This document shows, one piece after another, positions 20,273 through 28,396 of a stretch of 64,000 nt of DNA (position 1 is its first letter; each line of letters begins with the position of its first letter). The DNA comes from a virus: positions 37,822 through 101,821 of the IMG/VR virus record IMGVR_UViG_3300018079_000001. One strand, 5' to 3'. Position numbers and translations under genes: made by a program. Under the pieces are notes generated by a model, which was given only the letters and a program-made list of their open reading frames with translations, did no database searches and had not been told where the DNA came from.

Positions 20273-20379
20273 CCGAGTGGAGGGTGCCCGGGCGCAAGGC
20301 AGGTAACGCGGACACCGCTGAAGGCCGAAAGCCTGAAGGCGACTAGGTGCCGCCCCGTAAACTCACAACGGAGGGAAAC

Positions 20380-20586
20380 ATGGCAGACAGTTTCGAGATT
20401 CAGATTCTCGATGACGGCACGATCAAGAGCACGACGGGTAAGGTTGGCGCGCAGAACCACCAGAGTGCCGAGGGCTTCTTCGGGATGCTGGCCCGCGTGA
20501 TGGGCGGCAAGACGACCCGTAACCGTCGCGGCGAACACGCTCACGTGCACTCGCACGGTGAGGGCGAGCAACACGAGCACGCGTAA
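20380..20586 (+). CDS. DUF2997-like small protein, His-rich C-terminus
   Basis: EIQILDDGTIK pattern; adjacent to Ycf46-like ATPase. Confidence 0.5.
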   Translation: MADSFEIQILDDGTIKSTTGKVGAQNHQSAEGFFGMLARVMGGKTTRNRRGEHAHVHSHGEGEQHEHA

Positions 20587-20623
20587 CCTTTAACCGGGCG
20601 AGAGCCTGAGACAGGAGCCACAT

Positions 20624-21568
20624 ATGAGCACGATCCCAACAACGGCAACGGTCATGGAGCAGAGCGTCGCGTTTGTCCTGGCCTTCTCACGCCCCGGCGT
20701 CAAGCGGGTCGTGCGGAAGTCGCAGGTGTCCGAGAAGAGCGAGGGCACCGACAACGCGGTTGTCGTGGATGCCGACAAGAGCATGATCAACGTCGGCAAG
20801 GAAATCATTGACTCCCCGCAACTGCGGGCGATCATCTCGCGCGATGGCGCGGTCCGCCAGTGGGTGAAGGCGCGCAGTCTGCCGAGTCCGCTGTTCAAGT
20901 CGGGTACGACGATCGTGCCGACTGTGCTCGTCGAGGCGGTGTACGAGTACCTCGAAAAGTCGAAGGCTGATCGGGACGCCGACATCGCGACGTTCCTTGA
21001 AGCCTACCCTGGCCTGGTCGAGGAAGCGAAGACGAAACTAGGGCCGCTGTTCGACGCTCGTCAATACCCCGCCGCGACGGCACTCAAAGGCGCGTTCGAG
21101 ATGCGGTGGAACATCATCGAATTCGGGACGCCCGGCAAGCTGAAGACTATCAGCAAGGCTCTGTACGATAAAGAGCGCGCCAAGGCCGAGGCCGAGTGGG
21201 CGGACGCCACGTCGCAGATTCGCAACGCGCTTCGCGTGGCGATGGCGGAACTGGTCGAGCACATGATCGAGAAGCTGTCGTCGGACAACGACGGCAAGGC
21301 GAAGACGTTCCGCGATAGCATGGTCAAGAACCTGACCGAGTTTTCCGATTTGTTCAACGCACGCAACCTGACGGGCGACTCGGAGTTGGCAGCACTCGTC
21401 GAGAAGGCGCAGAAGGTCATGAGCGGCGTGGACGCGAAGTCACTGCGGACTGACGCCGACATCAAGCAGCGTGTGGCTGATGGTTTCGCGGAGATCAAGG
21501 CGAACCTCGACACGATGGTGATTGACCGCCCGACGCGGGCGTTGACGATCGCTGACGAGGAAGTCTAA
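20624..21568 (+). CDS. DUF3150-like helical protein, C-terminal DEEV tag
   Basis: Y...LG.LF....YP and K.FRDS...NL..F..LF...NLTGD.EL pattern; AAA-module context. Confidence 0.55.
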   Translation: MSTIPTTATVMEQSVAFVLAFSRPGVKRVVRKSQVSEKSEGTDNAVVVDADKSMINVGKEIIDSPQLRAIISRDGAVRQWVKARSLPSPLFKSGTTIVPTVLVEAVYEYLEKSKADRDADIATFLEAYPGLVEEAKTKLGPLFDARQYPAATALKGAFEMRWNIIEFGTPGKLKTISKALYDKERAKAEAEWADATSQIRNALRVAMAELVEHMIEKLSSDNDGKAKTFRDSMVKNLTEFSDLFNARNLTGDSELAALVEKAQKVMSGVDAKSLRTDADIKQRVADGFAEIKANLDTMVIDRPTRALTIADEEV

Positions 21569-21651
21569 CAGCGGGACGGGCGGGGGTTCCTGGGCACCAG
21601 GTTCAGAGACGGGCACCGTCTCGCCCCCGCCCGGTACTCATGGAGGGAACA

Positions 21652-21837
21652 ATGGCAGCGAAAGATCGGACGCGAGCAGGCGCGTACATGATCGCAACAC
21701 CTTCGGTGCGAATTGCGCATCGACACTACACGCATCTGTGTCCTGCAACGGGGAGGCCGTTGACGTTGTCGTGGTTTGATTCGCCGTGGTTTGAGATGAT
21801 GCGGCGCATGGTGAAGGGTCTGAGACGATCTAACTGA
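21652..21837 (+). CDS. small hypothetical protein (paralogue A)
   Basis: GGAGGG RBS; resembles the next ORF. Confidence 0.55.
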   Translation: MAAKDRTRAGAYMIATPSVRIAHRHYTHLCPATGRPLTLSWFDSPWFEMMRRMVKGLRRSN

Positions 21838-21892
21838 GAACGAAAACGAGACGGGCAGCATGGCGTTGCCCGTTCACAAATGGAGATGACCT

Positions 21893-22066
21893 ATGGCAGT
21901 GAGTGACAAGACAGTCCGGGGCGCGTACGAGATACCGGCCGCGCAGGTTGCGCTACAGCATTACGCGCCGTGGTTCGAGTTGCTGCGAGCGGGCGAGGCT
22001 TTGGTTCAAGGGGGTAAACATTTACTCCGGGCGTTGCGCGCCTGGCGAAAGAGGGAGGGTGTCTGA
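21893..22066 (+). CDS. small hypothetical protein (paralogue B; not in ORF track)
   Basis: GGAG RBS; MAVSDKTVRGAYEIPAAQVALQHYAPWFELLR...; stop overlaps the next ATG. Confidence 0.55.
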   Translation: MAVSDKTVRGAYEIPAAQVALQHYAPWFELLRAGEALVQGGKHLLRALRAWRKREGV

Positions 22067-22386
22067 TGCCGTGTGATAGCGTCGTCCTGAACACAGTCGA
22101 ATTGGACAAGGTCGGTGACCACGATCTACTCGAAAAGGCTCTGGCTGGAGAATTCGGCACCGTGCGCCGCAACGGTACGACGATGACGTTCACGTACCAG
22201 GGACGCACAGTCACGATCCGCAACGGCCGCGCCGAGTCGAGCCTGAGCGAGAGCACGCTGCAACAATTGGTCGGCCAGGTGAAGCAGGCGTACAGCCGCG
22301 AGGCCGTGCACATGGCGGCGAAGCGGTTCGGGTGGATGATCAAACCCGGCAGGGACAAGAACAACTTCACGGTTGTGAAGAACTAG
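22066..22386 (+). CDS. DUF1257/Ycf35-like protein
   Basis: MPCDS...D.DLLEKAL...VKQAYS....AAKRFGW pattern; AAA-module context. Confidence 0.55.
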   Translation: MPCDSVVLNTVELDKVGDHDLLEKALAGEFGTVRRNGTTMTFTYQGRTVTIRNGRAESSLSESTLQQLVGQVKQAYSREAVHMAAKRFGWMIKPGRDKNNFTVVKN

Positions 22387-22387
22387 C

Positions 22388-22882
22388 ATGTGGCCGGGCG
22401 AGTTTCCTGACGATGCGGGTAGTGCCAGTGGTGACTGGACTGTCCGCCTGGTTGGCCGTGCGCTGATTGAAGCCACGGCGGCGAGCACGGGTAAACCGTT
22501 CATGGCGCGGATTGTAGGACGTGACAATACGTACACGTGGCAGCGTCAGTGGCTCAAGCCGAAGTGGGAGTTTCCCGCGCGCAACGCGAACCCCGCCGCG
22601 ATCGTGCGGCTGGTCCTGCCTGTGTCTGCTGTCGGCAAGTTGCCGGCTGCTCTGGACATACGGTGGGGGCCAGCGACGGGCGGCACGGGTATCGACGTGA
22701 AGAACGGACAGGCGTTTCGCTACTGCGGGTATCGTAGTCTGTTTATCCTGGACGCGGCTGGCTTGCGGCAGGCGACTGAGCAGCACGTGACGTGGCTGCT
22801 CGACGAGGGCATCGTGGTTTCCGGACCACCACGTCGTGAGCCGGGCTCGCGCCCGGTGCTGAGGTTCGATGAAGAAGTTTGA
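22388..22882 (+). CDS. hypothetical protein, C-terminal DEEV tag
   Basis: 164 aa; ends SRPVLRFDEEV. Confidence 0.6.
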   Translation: MWPGEFPDDAGSASGDWTVRLVGRALIEATAASTGKPFMARIVGRDNTYTWQRQWLKPKWEFPARNANPAAIVRLVLPVSAVGKLPAALDIRWGPATGGTGIDVKNGQAFRYCGYRSLFILDAAGLRQATEQHVTWLLDEGIVVSGPPRREPGSRPVLRFDEEV

Positions 22883-22911
22883 CGGGCCAGCGGCCTGAGA
22901 AAGGGACGGCA

Positions 22912-23478
22912 ATGGCGACAACGGTAGAAAAACGACAATTCAAAAGCAGCCGCCCCGGATCGGCGGCACTGTATACCGCCGTCGTGTACGACGACGGCAC
23001 CGCGTCCTGCGACTGCCCTGGCTGGCGGTTCCAGCGTTCAGGCCAGCCGCGAGGCTGCAAGCACACCGCCACCATGTTGACCGGCACAACGGTCAAGGTG
23101 GTGACGAACGCCGAGATGGCGCGCATGGCGTTGCGTGGTGAGCAGTTCAACGTGATCAAGCGGTGGACGATTGCGCAGAGCGGCGCACAGATGGTGAGCC
23201 TGCGTATGGGGGAGAGCGCGTCTGCCGAGCAGACGGTGCGTCGGATCATGAAAGAGGATAACGCACCGCAGTCTTACCCGGCGCGACGGGATCGCTGGTC
23301 GCAGGCTGAGGGGAAGTGGGTGTCGGTGCCGAAGAAGATGACGCCCGAGATGCGCACGCCTGATCCACTGGCGGCGCGGGACTTCTTTCCGTCGAAACCG
23401 AAGCCGCAGACGACGCGGCGTGCAGAGCAGATCGAACAACCAACACGAGCACGCCTAGCGTTCGATGAAGAGGTATAG
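22912..23478 (+). CDS. SWIM zinc-finger protein, C-terminal DEEV tag
   Basis: SCDCPGW...CKH SWIM motif; ends TRARLAFDEEV. Confidence 0.75.
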   Translation: MATTVEKRQFKSSRPGSAALYTAVVYDDGTASCDCPGWRFQRSGQPRGCKHTATMLTGTTVKVVTNAEMARMALRGEQFNVIKRWTIAQSGAQMVSLRMGESASAEQTVRRIMKEDNAPQSYPARRDRWSQAEGKWVSVPKKMTPEMRTPDPLAARDFFPSKPKPQTTRRAEQIEQPTRARLAFDEEV

Positions 23479-23480
23479 TC

Positions 23481-23864
23481 ATGATAGTTCTGAAAGAGAT
23501 GGACCCGTTCAAGCTGAAAGAGTACGTGCACGCTATTCAGCGGTGCGGTGATCACCCGTTGCCGGGTCTGACCGACAGTGACGTGCTCGACAAGGTTGTT
23601 GAAATTCTCGACTGCTACATCGAATCGGCCGAGACGTACGAAGACACGTCGTCGAAGATCATCTTCCTGCTCGACGATGGGCGGGTCGGTGTGTTCGAAG
23701 AGTGGTCCGACTCGTCGGGTCACGGCTGACAGTGCGGCGCATCGTGGGGGCTGTATGCTTCCAAAGACGCAGCATGCACTGAGGGCAAGCTGGTATGGGA
23801 TGAAACCGCGACGCTAATCGAGCGGCTGCAACGGGCGCCGATTGCGTTCGATGAAGAGGTATGA
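23481..23864 (+). CDS. UGA-interrupted protein (in-frame TGA 23727-23729), C-terminal DEEV tag; Sec/read-through candidate or pseudogene
   Basis: ...WSDSSGHG*QCGASWG...RLQRAPIAFDEEV* in one frame. Confidence 0.65.
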
Positions 23865-23945
23865 TACAGCGGGAGCCGTGGGTGTACGGCTTGGCGGGAG
23901 CCTGGCTGTCAGGCAAACCTTAACCCTGCCCGCACCGCTGGTTTT

Positions 23946-24022
23946 CGGGGAATCGTCTAGCGGCCAAGGATGCCGGTCCTTCAAACCGGAAGACGCGGGT
24001 TCGAATCCCGCTTCCCCGACCA
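23946..24022 (+). tRNA. tRNA-Glu(UUC), atypical C33
   Basis: CGGGGAA/TTCCCCG acceptor, Glu-type D arm, CCGGT-CCTTCAA-ACCGG anticodon arm, TTCGAAT loop, CCA. Confidence 0.85.
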
Positions 24023-24023
24023 C

Positions 24024-24113
24024 GTAAGCGATGGGCGAATTGGCTGAGCCCGCCTGTCTGTAAAACAGGCGCAGTGACCCTGCATGGAGGTTCGATTCCT
24101 CCCGCTTGCACCA
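24024..24113 (+). tRNA. tRNA-Tyr(GUA)
   Basis: CCTGT-CTGTAAA-ACAGG arm, long variable arm, TTCGATT loop, ACCA end. Confidence 0.9.
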
Positions 24114-24117
24114 TTCG

Positions 24118-24290
24118 GACGGGCGTCGTGTGAACGTCGGCTAGCAGGAGTACAGGCCGAGCAGCCGCGATGAAAAGATCGTGAGGCAGTAGGGAGCAGC
24201 GTTGCCGATAACGACCCGTTAGACACTCGTTCGTCGGTCGGCGAGTGGTTGTACAACATAGTACGGCGTGCAAGGCCGACTCCAAAAAAA
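24118..24290 (+). ncRNA. structured RNA downstream of the tRNAs
   Basis: Multi-branch stems GACGGGCGTCGT/ACGACCCGTT, TCGGC/GCCGA, CGCGAT/ATCGTG, GGCA/TGCC, CACTCG/CGAGTG. Confidence 0.4.
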
Positions 24291-24303
24291 GGGAGGATCA
24301 ACA

Positions 24304-24582
24304 ATGGACATTGAACTGGACAAACCTGGCGACCCTCACTGGCTCTCAAAGCCAAAACCACCCGTGTGCTCGTGCGAGTTGGACCGCGCACCGACGTGGC
24401 GTGACGGCAAGCGGCTGGACCGTACACCGATCGCGAAGTTGTGCCCGATGCACGCGGCGGCACCGCGAGCGCTCAAGCTGCTCGCTGAGGTTCCAGCACT
24501 GGAGTCTGATTTGTCAGGGTGCGATGTTGCCTGGCAGAAGAAGGTGCGGGACCTGTGGCGCGACTTGGGGGTGACACAATGA
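24304..24582 (+). CDS. hypothetical protein
   Basis: GGGAGG RBS; CPMHAAAP..L pattern common in phage small proteins. Confidence 0.6.
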   Translation: MDIELDKPGDPHWLSKPKPPVCSCELDRAPTWRDGKRLDRTPIAKLCPMHAAAPRALKLLAEVPALESDLSGCDVAWQKKVRDLWRDLGVTQ

Positions 24583-25046
24583 AAATCCTCAAGGGGTCGA
24601 TCACGACGCTGATGTCCGAGGGTTACATGACGTTGCAGGTGCCAACTATCGCGCTGTCGCTCGACGGCATCAAGGCAGAGATGGCTGAGGCACCGGACGA
24701 TTGGTTCATGTTCGTGACGCGCGAGCGACTGGCCGTGGGCAGAGAGCAGGGCTTCCTGCATCTGTCGCCGAAGGGTTACCGCGCCAATCTCGACGCCATC
24801 AAGGCGGCGTGGGAAGCCTGCCCACTGGATCGGCGCCGCTCTGGTCGCTACACGTCGGGCCGGGAGTGGGATGGTAACGCGAAGGGCTGGCAAGTCGTGT
24901 CGTGGGCTGCGTTCCAAGCCGAAGCTGAGATGTTCTTCGCCGTTATCCAGAAGGGCACCGAGGCCGAAGAGATCAAGACGCGCGTGCGGACGCAAAAGCT
25001 GTATACGGCCGTCGCGACGATCCGCGATCAACGGAGAGGAAAATGA
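24579..25046 (+). CDS. hypothetical protein
   Basis: ATGA-coupled, 155 aa. Confidence 0.6.
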   Translation: MKILKGSITTLMSEGYMTLQVPTIALSLDGIKAEMAEAPDDWFMFVTRERLAVGREQGFLHLSPKGYRANLDAIKAAWEACPLDRRRSGRYTSGREWDGNAKGWQVVSWAAFQAEAEMFFAVIQKGTEAEEIKTRVRTQKLYTAVATIRDQRRGK

Positions 25047-25534
25047 CACGAACAATTCCGACGCACGTTCAGGTCAGTCAGTGTGACCACCGGACTCTTG
25101 GGGTGTGCTGCTCCGCGTGTCGTGCAGGCTACGTTCAGTACATGGACACAGCCTTGTGGGACCCGGAGCTAATCGAGCGGTACATCATCTGGCCCGCGCT
25201 CTATGACGAGCGCGGAGGGGAGGCTTAATACATGGAACTAGGAAAGCGTCAAGCCTGGGAGATCGTGATTCTCATTCTGCTCGGTATCGTGTGGGCCTCG
25301 CTCTGAGGGAGGAAACCTTAACCGGGGCGGGATCGCCAACCCTCCGTTTTATCAGGAGAGAGAGCCATGAACAACATAGACCTGATTTTCGTGGATGATT
25401 TCGAGATTGTGGAACGGCGGGAGGTAATCGAGGCTCTGGACTTCAACGGTGATGACGACAGTGAGGGTGCTTTGCGTGAGGTAGCGGAGAGGATCAAAAA
25501 TCCTGGTAGGGGGCTAGTCGGGGGTCGTGCGCGG

Positions 25535-25548
25535 GTGGTAAAATAAAA
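25535..25548 (+). promoter_or_regulatory. GTGGTAAAATAAAA extended -10-like motif, copy 1 of 3
   Basis: Identical 14-mer also precedes terS and terL. Confidence 0.6.
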
Positions 25549-25612
25549 GAGTAGACAATCAACCTTTAACAGGCCGCTAGGCGCAAGCCGTATAGGCCAG
25601 GGAGAATGAATA

Positions 25613-26239
25613 ATGGCTCAGCTATCCCCCGAGCAAGAAGTCCGTTTCGAGCAGTTTCTCATGTCTTACGAGTTGCAGATGCGACTGCGCCGCATCGTCA
25701 AGGCGCGGACTTACCGTCACGGTCAGGGACCACGCCGCAATCGGCACGTCTACCTGGACCCCGATGATCTTCAGGCTGTTGCGCACGCCGCCGCGTACGA
25801 GATTTTCTCGAAGTATGATGGTCAGGTTCCCGAGGCTGAGTTGCTGCCGCTCACGGTCACCGCTGTAGTTCGTCGTCTAACTAACGAGTCAATTCGGGCG
25901 CAACGTCACGGTGACGCGGATGGCATTGTGTATGCGTTCATCGACGCCTTGTACGGTGGTGCGGGTACCTATACCGGGGATGAAATGTCGATCAGCGGGC
26001 GGGTGAACGCCGGACGCGATGACGAGCAGGACACGGAAACGCTAGCCGGTGACATTGCTCAAGCTGTTGGCGAGCCTGACGCGTTGACTAGACTTGTCGT
26101 GCGAGAGCGCATTGACGCGGCTGTCGCCGCGATGACGCCGTCAGAGCAGACCTTCTTCAAGAAGGCGGTTAAGGCGGGCGGAATCGGCGGACGTGGACGC
26201 CCGACCACGGTTGAAAGGAAAATGCGGTCAATCCGCTGA
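25613..26239 (+). CDS. divergent sigma-factor-like transcription protein
   Basis: DPDDLQAVAH.A.YE..SKYD resembles sigma70 region 2; AMTPSEQ resembles the start of region 4. Confidence 0.45.
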   Translation: MAQLSPEQEVRFEQFLMSYELQMRLRRIVKARTYRHGQGPRRNRHVYLDPDDLQAVAHAAAYEIFSKYDGQVPEAELLPLTVTAVVRRLTNESIRAQRHGDADGIVYAFIDALYGGAGTYTGDEMSISGRVNAGRDDEQDTETLAGDIAQAVGEPDALTRLVVRERIDAAVAAMTPSEQTFFKKAVKAGGIGGRGRPTTVERKMRSIR

Positions 26240-26253
26240 TCCTACTAAGTAGG
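26237..26253 (+). promoter_or_regulatory. 17-bp element copy 3
   Basis: Exact repeat; its TGA is the stop codon of the sigma-like gene. Confidence 0.8.
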
Positions 26254-26374
26254 AGATAGTATCAGTGCCCCGCCACGGCGCAACCGGAGCGGGCGCGTGC
26301 AGCCAGTAAGGTTGCTCAAGGGCGGCAAGTCTGGCCGGGGCATCGCGTACTAAAATTCAAAACAGGAGGATTCT

Positions 26375-27343
26375 ATGACTACACGGACTAAGATCATCGC
26401 GGTTGTTGGTGCGGTTGTGCTTCTGGCTGTATCAGTAGCAAGTGCTTACCTCAAGGGTCAGACAGTTGGTGTCGAGCAGGGTCAGGCGTCCGCTGTTGCG
26501 CAGGTGAAGCAAGCGGACGCACTCGAAACCCGTATCATGGATTATGTGCTGAAGCGGAACCCGGACGCGACGATTCGGGACTTCTCTGACTTCCCGCGTA
26601 TTCTGCTCGCGGAGAGCGCGGCGGCAGGCTTCGACTTTCGCATCGTCATGGCACTGATCGACAAGGAAAGCCAATTCAATCCGCGCGCCATTGGCAAGGC
26701 GGGGGAGATCGGTTTGATGCAGGTGCTACCCGCGACTGGTGCGCTTGTGGCGAAGAGCGTCGGGCTGTCGTATGAGCCCGCGAAGGGCACCAATCTTGGA
26801 ACGCTCGGGGTGCCGCGCTACAATCTGCGCATCGGGGTCAAGTTCCTGAAGGATCGTGTGGACGAGTTTGGCGGTGTGAACGCGACTGCTCTGCGCGCGT
26901 ACAACCGTGGTAGCATGACGGCGCGCGAGCATCGACCGCTGGATCGCTACGCTGAAGACATTGCGATCACGCACCTGATGATAACGCAGAAGATACCGCA
27001 GGCTTCGGCACCCGCGCCCGTAACGGCTCCGGCTCCGGTGCTTCCAGCACCGGCACCCGTACCTATCGCGCCGACATCGCCGTCTGTGGCTGCGGAGTCA
27101 CAATACACTCTCGTCGCTCGGACGAGTGAGAAGACCTGGATGCGCGTCCAGACCAGCGGTAAGATCACGGATGAAATCGTTCCGGCCAATGCAATCAGGG
27201 AGTGGAAGTCGAACAACCCGATCGTCGTCTCGGTTGGCAACGCTGGCGGTGTCAGCTTGGAGTTGAACGGTAAAACACTTCCGCGTCTTGGTGAGCGGGG
27301 GCAGGTTGTATCGAAACTAACTCTGCCCGAGATGGCCCGGTGA
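26375..27343 (+). CDS. lytic transglycosylase (SLT) fused to a RodZ C-terminal (DUF4115-like) domain
   Basis: N-terminal TM/signal; KESQFNP, GLMQV and AYNRG SLT motifs; Pro/Ala linker; TWMRV...VGNAGGV.LELNGK.L..LG..GQV. Confidence 0.85.
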   Translation: MTTRTKIIAVVGAVVLLAVSVASAYLKGQTVGVEQGQASAVAQVKQADALETRIMDYVLKRNPDATIRDFSDFPRILLAESAAAGFDFRIVMALIDKESQFNPRAIGKAGEIGLMQVLPATGALVAKSVGLSYEPAKGTNLGTLGVPRYNLRIGVKFLKDRVDEFGGVNATALRAYNRGSMTAREHRPLDRYAEDIAITHLMITQKIPQASAPAPVTAPAPVLPAPAPVPIAPTSPSVAAESQYTLVARTSEKTWMRVQTSGKITDEIVPANAIREWKSNNPIVVSVGNAGGVSLELNGKTLPRLGERGQVVSKLTLPEMAR

Positions 27344-27576
27344 GAAAGGTGAGCGGTGGCGTCAACGGTCCGGTGCGACCACCACAGCCGCCGACTATCG
27401 TCACGGTCAACCGTGGCGTGATCGACAGCAACCGCAAGCGCGGCAAGAACGAGCCGCCTGTACGCGCGGCTCGGGGTAAGTATGGCCGCGTGGTCTACGG
27501 GCACGTCATCAAGCTGAACACCCACGGGGCGCGGGTATGGGTCGAAACTACTGCGCGGGCCGAAGTGGTCCGTTGA
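27340..27576 (+). CDS. small hypothetical protein
   Basis: GTGA-coupled; VN..VI.SN.K.G..EPP...GARVWVET pattern seen in phage proteins. Confidence 0.5.
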   Translation: MRKVSGGVNGPVRPPQPPTIVTVNRGVIDSNRKRGKNEPPVRAARGKYGRVVYGHVIKLNTHGARVWVETTARAEVVR

Positions 27577-27589
27577 AGGGAGGAAGTCA

Positions 27590-28396
27590 ATGAAACAGTT
27601 AGACAGATTGGCTATTGCCTGGATTAGAAGCAACCCCGGTCAAGAAGTCAAGGACGGAGATAGAGAGAGGATTGAATCTTTTGGTGTAGAGCGCGGTATT
27701 CTGTCGCCGGATTTCCTTCCATTGACGATGACATCGTTCACTGCAAACCTGACTGCGTTGAGAAGCAAGGGTGTTATCAAGCATCCTTTTGGTAGTAGTC
27801 GTGGGTGGTACATGGCCGATGCGTCGGATGCTGCAATCGAGGATGCTTTGTTACCAACAAAGCAAAAACGAGCGAAGACGTTGGGAGCGTTCAGTCCTGC
27901 CCTTCTTGAACTGTTCGAGGAGTCTGAAAAGAACAGAAGACTCTTTGCCAATCCTACTACCCCACGTCCAGACACTACAAAAGAGCGTGAGGATATTTTC
28001 AAACAGTACGGCGGTGTGTCCGCCATTGGCGACTACAGCGGCAACACGCTGCGTTACGCGGAGCGTTCTCATTTAGCAGCCGTGGGAGACTACAACCTGA
28101 CGGGACTGCCAGTGAACAACAGTCCTGCTAACGTGTTGCCTGAACCAACCGAAGTGAATCAAGCCCGCTATTATGGGGGTATCGTCCTTGAAGAAACAGA
28201 AAATGGTGGTTTGATTTATAGGGTGCTTGACGCTGCGGCCCCGGAGCATATTCGGGCTTATTATGACGGCGAGCGACCTCGACTGCCCAAATTTTTCATC
28301 ACTAAAAAGGATGAAAGAGTTCCAGCTTTGCCGTTGGTTCTAGTTCAAGTACGGTTTGCGGCTGCGCTGCGTAATTTCATTAAAGGCCCCCGATGA
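27590..28396 (+). CDS. hypothetical protein, lower-GC insertion
   Basis: GGGAGG RBS; visibly more AT-rich codons. Confidence 0.6.
   Translation: MKQLDRLAIAWIRSNPGQEVKDGDRERIESFGVERGILSPDFLPLTMTSFTANLTALRSKGVIKHPFGSSRGWYMADASDAAIEDALLPTKQKRAKTLGAFSPALLELFEESEKNRRLFANPTTPRPDTTKEREDIFKQYGGVSAIGDYSGNTLRYAERSHLAAVGDYNLTGLPVNNSPANVLPEPTEVNQARYYGGIVLEETENGGLIYRVLDAAAPEHIRAYYDGERPRLPKFFITKKDERVPALPLVLVQVRFAAALRNFIKGPR

Noticed and set aside
20275-20365. c-di-GMP riboswitch in the GNRA-rich spacer after the AAA gene
   Set aside because: It has GCAA/GAAA hairpins but lacks the recognisable class I/II consensus; left as an unassigned structure
23946-24022. tRNA-Sec
   Set aside because: 7-bp acceptor, short variable arm and Glu-type D arm are incompatible with selC
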